Shown: positions 56,921-64,000 of the stretch, in pieces
Layout: each line of letters begins with the position of its first letter
Position numbering within the stretch: position 1 is the first letter of the stretch
Origin: Halorarum halobium
GTDB lineage: Archaea; Halobacteriota; Halobacteria; Halobacteriales; Haloferacaceae
Length of the DNA stretch: 64,000 nt
Assembly: GCF_032116555.1 (NCBI RefSeq)
Contig: NZ_CP134950.1
Span: 62,001 to 126,000 of the forward strand
Direction: 5' to 3'
Position numbers and translations under genes: made by a program
The notes under the pieces: generated by a model
What the model was told of the DNA's origin: nothing
Database searches by the model: none
The model's input: only the letters and a program-made list of their open reading frames with translations

Positions 56921-57865
56921 CTATCGCCCTCCAGCACTCGTCCAGGCATCGAGTAGTGGGTTCGCAGTGAGTGATGCGGTCGTTCCGTTGGCCGTCATCC
57001 CCGTTCCGACGCCGTCGGAGGTCGTGGTCGGGGTGGAGGGCGAGGCCGGTTCCAGCCCGACCTGTTCGGCACGTGCGCCGAGTACCTGACGCCAGTAGGT
57101 AAACGTCGTCTGGTAGTATGCCCCATCGTCGACGGGATAGACGAGCGTCTCGAACTCCTCACCCGTGAACCGTGGCCCCATCCGGGTCTGCTCGCACTCG
57201 AGACGGCGATCAGCGGCTGTCGCGACCGGCGCCGCGAACTCGTCCGCTTTGCTGCGAGTAACGAGCACCGGCACCTCGTACCCATCCGCGTAGGTCGCCA
57301 GTCGAGCGAGCGTTCGCGCTTGGAGTGTCCCGGCGTGGGCGTCTCCGAGCGTGTCGTCAGTGCGGTACTGCGCATCGACTGCCGGGGCGACGATGAGCGA
57401 CGGGGTGTGCGAGGACGCGTCCTCGTTGCGAGCCGTCGACTGTCGACTGCTCGTCCCGGTGTCTGCGGTAGATCTCCGGATAGATTGGTTCACCGCCGTC
57501 GGGAGATCGCAGACGGTGCCGTAGTGCTGGTAGGCGGTGAACCCGCGCGCGACGTGGATCCGGTTGAGCAACCGCTGGCTGGGGGCGATTTGGGCGAGCG
57601 TGGTCGTCGTCGCGTGGCCGTTCGCGTCGACCCAGAAGGCGGGCCCGTCGTGCAAAAGGAGATGGTCGAGCACGAGCGATTGCAAGATTGGGACGCCGCG
57701 GCCTCCCTCGACGTCGAGCAGCGTGATGCCGTCCTCAAGTGACGGCAACAGCATCTTCTCCGTGGTTGGGTCGGCTTGATCGGCAAGGGTTCGATTGCGG
57801 TTAGCGTCCCGGGTCGGTTGATCCACCGCTAATTGGTTTGATATCGATGTAGAGTGCTTGGGCAT
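56921..57865 (-). CDS. Inactivated RadA/RecA-like protein (ImuA-like) of the polB2 operon
   Basis: WVDANG...LLNRIHVARGFTAYQH; no intact Walker A. Confidence 0.75.
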   Translation of the reverse strand: MPKHSTSISNQLAVDQPTRDANRNRTLADQADPTTEKMLLPSLEDGITLLDVEGGRGVPILQSLVLDHLLLHDGPAFWVDANGHATTTTLAQIAPSQRLLNRIHVARGFTAYQHYGTVCDLPTAVNQSIRRSTADTGTSSRQSTARNEDASSHTPSLIVAPAVDAQYRTDDTLGDAHAGTLQARTLARLATYADGYEVPVLVTRSKADEFAAPVATAADRRLECEQTRMGPRFTGEEFETLVYPVDDGAYYQTTFTYWRQVLGARAEQVGLEPASPSTPTTTSDGVGTGMTANGTTASLTANPLLDAWTSAGGR

Positions 57866-58143
57866 ACTCGACTAGATGGCCATATTCCCGATAAGCTGCG
57901 GCGTGTCGCTTCCGCGTTTCCGGGAAGGTTTGGGACAAATTTAGAACCGGCTCCGTCACCGGATTTCTACTATGTTTCGTCTGTTTCTGGGAATGTTTCC
58001 AGAACGGTCTTTCAACCCTCAAGTAGTGATCGACCTTTGGCTGTACTGAATACACAGCGCGCATCTCGAATATTGATGGATGAGATCAACATGTTCCGGT
58101 AATTCGACACATCTAACCATACTGGTATGTAATCAGTTATCAA

Positions 58144-58692
58144 ATGGAAATTTCGGTCGACGAAATCGTAACCGCGGCGGCCGCAATCCTCATCGCCTCC
58201 CTACTCCAGCCACTTCTCCCAAAGACCATTACTGATATCGACCCTCTCACTTTCCTGAACAACCCGTATCTCCGGGTCGTGCTGATCGCCATAATTGCGT
58301 TCGCTCTGCTCTGGTGGCTCCTGTCCTGGGCCCGGAACACGTTCGGTAACAGTGGTAGTAGTGGCCGGTCCGCCGCATTCGTCGCCACGGCTCGAGGGAA
58401 GCCTCGGCGCGATGTCTCCGAGTGGGAGGTCGATAAGTTCGGCGTGAAATGGCGAGTGCTGCACGGCCGCCAGCGCAGTCTTGGTGACGCCTACGCGTAT
58501 GCTGACTCACCGGTCTGTCCGGAGTGCGGTACCGATCTGATGACAGACACGAAATCGCGGCGATTCCGGGATGACAAGCCGATCTGGAAGTGTCCCGGCT
58601 GCGGGTTCACGCAGGGGCGGCCATCACGGTTCTTGTATGAGGAGTCGGATGCGGTAGAGCGCGAGGTCGAACGGGAAGCCCGTAGTTCGTGA
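58144..58692 (+). CDS. Two-TM membrane protein with C-terminal zinc ribbon
   Basis: Hydrophobic N-terminus; CPECG...WKCPGCG. Confidence 0.75.
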   Translation: MEISVDEIVTAAAAILIASLLQPLLPKTITDIDPLTFLNNPYLRVVLIAIIAFALLWWLLSWARNTFGNSGSSGRSAAFVATARGKPRRDVSEWEVDKFGVKWRVLHGRQRSLGDAYAYADSPVCPECGTDLMTDTKSRRFRDDKPIWKCPGCGFTQGRPSRFLYEESDAVEREVEREARSS

Positions 58693-58761
58693 TCCTGTGA
58701 TACAACCGGTCTACTAGTTGATCCGGTATTTTATGACAGATCACGGCCCAACTACGTGGTA

Positions 58762-59988
58762 ATGAGACGGCGACAATCAGTTGACCATCTCTTCTCCGAC
58801 CAATCAATCCACGAGTACAGGCGGGAGCAAGAGACAGCGCTGAAGGACGAAATCAAGGGACTGTCCAACGACGAGCTGCAGGACAGCACCGACCTCCTGA
58901 CCCTGATATTCACGTCAAGATACATACCGTCCCCGATCCAGCTCAACGACTACGATTTGGAACAGGTCGGCGAGGTCGAGAAAGAGGTCCCGCGTGGCCA
59001 AGGCCTGCCCGGCCTCAATCAGCGCGGTCGGCCTACTAAAACGTACCAGCGGATCCGTGTGAAGCTGCCGTTCGACGGCGACAGCGACCTCCTGCAGATC
59101 AATCCTAGCTCCTCAAAGCTGAACAAACCGCGCTACAATGAATTGAACCGGAACGAGGTCGTCTACCACGTTGACTACACAATCGGGAATAAGGATGCGG
59201 AACAGGTCCAAGCCGAAATTCAGTCAGAGGTTGACGAATGGGTGGATAAGGTGGCGTGGTTCGTGGAACAGCTTGAGGATGATATCGCGGAGATGGAGGA
59301 GCAGCTGCGGCGAACCGCCCGCCGCTCGATTGAGGAACGGCGGGAGATCGTTGATACAAACCATGCGGTGATGGCCGAACTGGGTGTCGACACCGGTGAC
59401 ACCGCGGAACCTGGATATGTAGTGCCGGAGAAAAAGCGAGAGATTGAGCTACCGTCACCGGCTGCGGACAGTGATGACGAGGTGCTCCAGGACCGGACCT
59501 TTATCGAGGTCTTGGATCTGCTTGACGACTTAGGACGTGATCTGGAACGATCCGCCACGCCGGTCCGGGGTCTGGATGAGGAGTCGCTACGGGATATTTT
59601 CCTGATGGGGATTAATTCGCATTACTCCGGGTTCGCGACCGGAGAAACGTTCAACCGCGGTGGGAAGACGGATATCCTGCTCCGGTATGATAACGAGAAC
59701 CTGTTCATCGCGGAGTGCAAATTCTGGGATGGACCATCTGTGTATACGGACGCGGTTGACCAGCTCCTAAACAACCTGACTGTCCGGGATTCACACGCTG
59801 CACTCTTGATCTTCTCACGGCGCCAGGACTTCGGGACGGTTGAAGACCGGATACGGGAGGCGACGATGGCGCACGACCGGTACGTTTCTGAGGTGCCGGA
59901 GATTGCAGATCACGGCGTATATCGACTGGAGTCGGAGAGTGGGTATCCGGTCCGTGTCGCGGTGAAAGCATTCGATGTCCGGGAATAG
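58762..59988 (+). CDS. Coiled-coil protein with C-terminal PD-(D/E)xK nuclease (putative defence effector)
   Basis: EESLRD...GE..N..GKTDILL......IAECKFW. Confidence 0.75.
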   Translation: MRRRQSVDHLFSDQSIHEYRREQETALKDEIKGLSNDELQDSTDLLTLIFTSRYIPSPIQLNDYDLEQVGEVEKEVPRGQGLPGLNQRGRPTKTYQRIRVKLPFDGDSDLLQINPSSSKLNKPRYNELNRNEVVYHVDYTIGNKDAEQVQAEIQSEVDEWVDKVAWFVEQLEDDIAEMEEQLRRTARRSIEERREIVDTNHAVMAELGVDTGDTAEPGYVVPEKKREIELPSPAADSDDEVLQDRTFIEVLDLLDDLGRDLERSATPVRGLDEESLRDIFLMGINSHYSGFATGETFNRGGKTDILLRYDNENLFIAECKFWDGPSVYTDAVDQLLNNLTVRDSHAALLIFSRRQDFGTVEDRIREATMAHDRYVSEVPEIADHGVYRLESESGYPVRVAVKAFDVRE

Positions 59989-60237
59989 GCATAGTACGGC
60001 TGAGCCACTGGAGCACGAGCAATCGGGCCTCGGCGAGTTCAGTGCCTGATTGGTGGCGGCGTCACGGTCGCTGCATCGGCGACGTAGCTACCGAATCGAC
60101 GAGCGAGTACTCTCGATCCCGGATGGTACCTTCTGCCGTGAGGCGGTCTTCGAGATGCTTACGCTCGGTCTTATCCGAGTGTGCCTTCCGCTGAGAGAGC
60201 ATACGTACTATGCGAGGATGACCCGTCTGTTATCGGG

Positions 60238-61638
60238 CTAGCACCCATCCTGTTCATCTGATTCCGTGTCCGATGGCCATGTTGGGCCCTCTGGGCGGGG
60301 GATCTCATCTACCAAATCCTTCTCGAACTGCGAAGCTCTCCAGGCTATCACGTTCTCCTTCCGCTGGACGTACTTTTCGTCGGTATCCAGCCACCGGGCA
60401 ATCTCCTCGTACCTGTGACCAGCACAGAGCAGCACCATCAACGCGAAATCGAAGCGATCGAGATTGCTCTCGTTTGCATCAGCATCAATCCGGTCGAGGA
60501 ACGCCTTTGAGGCATCACCGACGAACTCCATCAGTATCTCATACCGCTCTTCGTCATCAAATCCATCAAATGTGAATCCCTCCGTGATGTTGTTCCTAGG
60601 GTCACTCTCTTCGGTATCCCAGCGAATTTCTTCGAGGGTTGCTCTTTCACAGTCGTGAAGTCTCGATAGGCGCTCTGGATTCTCCTGTTCCCAGGTTGTG
60701 ATTGTGTCGGCTACTGCTTCAGATTGAGCGTGTTCGATATAGGGCTCACACCCTCGCTTCGCGATGACTGACTCGATGTTCTTTCCCGAGATCGTCAGTA
60801 GGACGGACGCACATCGATCAGTCTGTTCGAGGATCTGTGCGACTTCACGACGCGATTCGAGTTCGTCAAGGCCTGCACGTTTCTGCGCGTCGTGGACGAG
60901 GTTGTTTCTGCGTTCTTTGACCTCGACAAGCGATCCGTGGTCACCTCCGGTCAGTATTTGGATATCACAGAGTTTCTCTAATCGCTTCGCGTGCCCCATA
61001 CTCCGAACGTGCTCGGTGATGCTGTCGAGACGAGCTTCCTCGCGAAAGAGTTCGTTGAGGACCGTTTCTGTCGTCAGCTCTTCGATGAGTGCCGAGGCGA
61101 GGAGGAGATACGAAAAGAATGACCGCTCAACGTCGCTGTCGATCTCGTCGGTGGACCGGAGTTTTTCAGCGATTTCAGCACGCTGTTCGAGATAATACTC
61201 GAGGACGTTGTCTGCGTGCCCGACGAGAGAGTTTTGGCGTTCTACGTAGGCAACTTGGAGGAGTAATTCCTTCTCGAAAGGGGTGCTCTCACTCAGCTTC
61301 TGGCACTTCTGGAGCGAACTTGTGGGGAGATGGCGAGTCAAATAATCGATGTCGTCGTAGACGAGCGGCGTATTCGTCGGGCAATTGTCTACGATTGACT
61401 GAAAGTCGTCGTTGTCAGCGAGCTCGCTGAGTGCAGCACGTATCTCGTCGACACTAAGTTCCCGAACATCTTCTGACGCCTCTGAGTCTTCACCGACCGG
61501 AACAACGCGGTACGACGCATCTCCAACGATGACGACCGGCCCTTCCAGATCGAGAACCTGATATTCCCCGATAGGGCTCAGAGAGACTGTCTCTGCGTCT
61601 ATTTCGAACGATAAATCGAGATTAGTATCGTCGCCCAC
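60238..61638 (-). CDS. Putative HEPN-domain protein with C-terminal HTH
   Basis: IEE...RRNNLVH (Rx4H); YEEIARWLDT...V. Confidence 0.55.
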   Translation of the reverse strand: MGDDTNLDLSFEIDAETVSLSPIGEYQVLDLEGPVVIVGDASYRVVPVGEDSEASEDVRELSVDEIRAALSELADNDDFQSIVDNCPTNTPLVYDDIDYLTRHLPTSSLQKCQKLSESTPFEKELLLQVAYVERQNSLVGHADNVLEYYLEQRAEIAEKLRSTDEIDSDVERSFFSYLLLASALIEELTTETVLNELFREEARLDSITEHVRSMGHAKRLEKLCDIQILTGGDHGSLVEVKERRNNLVHDAQKRAGLDELESRREVAQILEQTDRCASVLLTISGKNIESVIAKRGCEPYIEHAQSEAVADTITTWEQENPERLSRLHDCERATLEEIRWDTEESDPRNNITEGFTFDGFDDEERYEILMEFVGDASKAFLDRIDADANESNLDRFDFALMVLLCAGHRYEEIARWLDTDEKYVQRKENVIAWRASQFEKDLVDEIPRPEGPTWPSDTESDEQDGC

Positions 61639-61936
61639 GCGTCAAAAACTGCAAAGGGCTCTATTCGACTTGGGCTTCGTACTCGTCCCAAAGCGTGTCG
61701 ATGTCCGTGCCGGTCTCCTCAGAGATATGGCGCAGCAACTGCGCCCTGTTCTCGAACCGACGGAGCTGGCCCTTTGCGCTCATAGTAGGACATAATCGCT
61801 CCTGCAGTAATAAATCACGGGGGTGCATTCTCTCGGTCAACAAAACGAGACCTACCAGTTCTCTAATCACCTCGTAGACGACGCGCTGGTGCGAAATGAT
61901 CGAGTCGATGCCCTTCTGGCAATGGGCACTGATTTG

Positions 61937-63184
61937 CTATTGCTCTTCTGAGGCGGTGTCTGAGCCGTCTGAAAGTGACTGATTCTGTAATCGACCAGCA
62001 GGATAGTACCGACCCTCGTCTTTGCTGTAGAGGTAGGTCTGGATCGGTCTAAGAGTGTTTGAGTTTCGCCCGAAGAGAAAGGCGAGCCCCATCGGGCCAG
62101 CTATGAAGAGATGAATAGTCGATGTTTTTGATAGTTCTTTGATTGCGTCTCGTACCTTGGTACGGAAAACACCTGCAGCATGGGCTGCCTGTGCCGGGGA
62201 CAATTCCACACCAGGCCCATCTTCCGGTGTCAATCTGAGAATACCGTTGAAATCCGGAAGGTCGTTATGCATTTGGTCGATCTCCGGTTGCACATCGGCA
62301 GCGATGTTGACGAGCACCGCCAGCTCCGCTCCGTGATTCGGTTGTCGCTGGAGATCTCCTTCTAACCCGCTTTCCTCTTCGTCGATATCGAGTCTCCATT
62401 CTGTCATCCCGGCAGGACCGGTGGGTTGCATCCACGTTGCTTGGATACGACGTGTGGTTGGAAGACAGTAACCGGCCGCGAACGCAGCGGGAAGATGCGT
62501 TCGGCCACGGAATCGGAGGGTGCGGCCCGATGCGTTTTGAATGAGACTGTCCGTTACCGTAGTTAACGCCGGGAGTAGACGCTGGTTCCATACTTCTTGG
62601 GATGGTGGACCATGTTCGAACGATCTCGACCAGTCAATAGCAATCGCTGGATCGTTGTCGTGAGCGGGCGATTCGTAGGTATCAAGTGAACATTCGAGGG
62701 GCTCACCGTCCGGCAAATACCCATCTATCCGCTCGATGCGCTCTGATAAGACGGCCTGGACGATCTCTGTAGCTTTGTCAGACGTGGTCTCCTCTAGGGG
62801 GAGCATTTTCCAGGCGGAAAAGTCGTGGAGGATCGGTGCCTCGTTGAGTATCGATTTGGCTTCTCCAACGCTGATATCGGGACATGGCACAACGACCACG
62901 AAAAACTCGTCATCCTCGTCCCAGCGCTTGTTGAATCCCGGCAACTCGTCGTTGAGAATGATGTCGGAGTCGGCTACGCCCTCACTGACGAGCGCAATAC
63001 CACTGGCCGTTTCCGGGTTCTCCAACTGGTCGATAATCTCATCTCTGAGTGGCTCTGGCTTCAAATCGAAGATATCCCGCCAAATCGGCACCCCGTGTCG
63101 CTCGAGTTCCGTTTGCAGGAAGTTGGCGATGTCCGTCTGTTCGTGCTTATAGCTGAGAAATACACGGCCAGTTGGATCAGTCAT
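61937..63184 (-). CDS. TIR-SAVED effector (CBASS-type)
   Basis: RVFLSYKH...L...GVPIWRD...ILNDEL TIR; C-terminal IHLFIAGPMGLAFLFGR SAVED. Confidence 0.88.
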   Translation of the reverse strand: MTDPTGRVFLSYKHEQTDIANFLQTELERHGVPIWRDIFDLKPEPLRDEIIDQLENPETASGIALVSEGVADSDIILNDELPGFNKRWDEDDEFFVVVVPCPDISVGEAKSILNEAPILHDFSAWKMLPLEETTSDKATEIVQAVLSERIERIDGYLPDGEPLECSLDTYESPAHDNDPAIAIDWSRSFEHGPPSQEVWNQRLLPALTTVTDSLIQNASGRTLRFRGRTHLPAAFAAGYCLPTTRRIQATWMQPTGPAGMTEWRLDIDEEESGLEGDLQRQPNHGAELAVLVNIAADVQPEIDQMHNDLPDFNGILRLTPEDGPGVELSPAQAAHAAGVFRTKVRDAIKELSKTSTIHLFIAGPMGLAFLFGRNSNTLRPIQTYLYSKDEGRYYPAGRLQNQSLSDGSDTASEEQ

Positions 63185-64000
63185 ATATCGTCACCGACGT
63201 TGAGAGTTGTAGCTGCATCTGGGTTGTCAATCCGTTCTAACTGCTCGTATTCCTTACTATCATGGAATAGATAGGCGTTGATCGTGAATTGACCTTCTTC
63301 GTCCTGTCCAACGATGAAGAGGAGCGGATGCGGACAGTCGTAGCCGTCGTCGTTGGCGATGTCATTCATCGCAGTCCGATCGACCCGACTGAGATCGGGT
63401 GAAGCGCCGGGATGGTAGTGCCATTCACCGAGATAGTCGATGCCAATGCTCTCCCTGGCGTCTTTGAGCCACTCCTCGACTTTGTCGGTTCCGCGGAGGA
63501 ATCGAGTTGGTTCTTGAATGGAGTCCCGCGGTGGGTCGCGGGCATTCACCACCAGTGCTGGCCCATCGAGACGGTCGGTTCCAGCGAGAATACCGCCCGT
63601 TTCACAGGGGTGTTCTTCCCGACAGCGCTCATACATCGCTTCAAGACACGTGGCCGGAATCTGTACGGTGATTGGTGATTCCGGTGCTCGCCATATAGTT
63701 CCGTCCTGGAAGGGAGGTGTGGCCTGTGAAATGGTCGGCAGCTCGTCGCCACTACCGGTCTCGAGTACGGTGAAGTGATTCTCGCGCAGGCTCAATGCCG
63801 TCGCCTGATCGAGAAGTCGTGTCACTGTCCCTGCCCACGTCATCACCCGGTCCGTTCGGATAACTGATGCTGGGTGCCAGCAGCCGACTCGCTCGGGGAT
63901 GGCATCCTCGTCTTCGTCCCATTCGATCTGTTCTTGCAACCGCCATGGATCGAACGCTTCGTTGTAATCGCTGTACGGAAAGGTATGTGAGTAAGCTGTG
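63181..64000 (-). CDS. C-terminus of an E1(Cap2-like)-JAB(Cap3-like) fusion, 5'-truncated by the window edge
   Basis: Frame open to the window end; GCWHP then ETGGIL...YLGEWHYHP...S..D JAMM motif. Confidence 0.8.
   Translation of the reverse strand, partial: TAYSHTFPYSDYNEAFDPWRLQEQIEWDEDEDAIPERVGCWHPASVIRTDRVMTWAGTVTRLLDQATALSLRENHFTVLETGSGDELPTISQATPPFQDGTIWRAPESPITVQIPATCLEAMYERCREEHPCETGGILAGTDRLDGPALVVNARDPPRDSIQEPTRFLRGTDKVEEWLKDARESIGIDYLGEWHYHPGASPDLSRVDRTAMNDIANDDGYDCPHPLLFIVGQDEEGQFTINAYLFHDSKEYEQLERIDNPDAATTLNVGDDI

Noticed and set aside
61661..61870. 69-aa minus-strand ORF after TIR-SAVED
   Set aside because: No convincing start or motif; may be a gene remnant, but I cannot assign it.
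1..64000. Transposase or integrase defining element ends
   Set aside because: No DDE, HUH, tyrosine or serine recombinase motif recognised, so plasmid versus ICE status and boundaries cannot be set from this window.

Overview
GC-rich DNA encoding acidic proteins, typical of a haloarchaeal (Halobacteria) conjugative plasmid, megaplasmid or ICE. All protein assignments come from motif recognition by eye, not database searches. From left to right: (1) 1-11.5 kb, a T4SS/conjugation operon (VirB6-like, PrgI/VirB3-like, VirB4, a 1455-aa VirD4-like coupling ATPase with a C-terminal wHTH + PD-x-E-x-E nuclease resembling MOBC/Replic_Relax, and an AEP primase). (2) About 13.6-47 kb, a mostly + strand array of small genes resembling a plasmid leading/establishment region (SSB/RPA, TFB, Mom-like, DUF932-like, ArdC-like, SWIM), interrupted by cargo: a defence-like island with a frameshifted ndk, a heavy-metal P1B ATPase, USP, an AbiE-like TA pair and a metallophosphoesterase. 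About 15 backbone genes are preceded by a conserved T-tract + covarying GC hairpin with a GGG(T/C)G-type loop. Six TTAACCAAC-N22-24-GTTGGTTAA inverted-repeat sites lie at gene junctions. (3) 47-51.5 kb, HEPN-like and small genes. (4) 51.6-53.6 kb, orc/cdc6 with ORB-like repeats on both sides. (5) 53.7-57.9 kb, a RadA-like/small protein/PolB2 operon. (6) 58-64 kb, a defence island ending in a CBASS-like TIR-SAVED gene and an E1(Cap2)-JAB(Cap3) fusion that runs off the window. The best candidate for an undescribed system is an archaeal single-strand/establishment expression system (hairpin elements + element-encoded TFB + SSB), coupled to a coupling protein-relaxase fusion.
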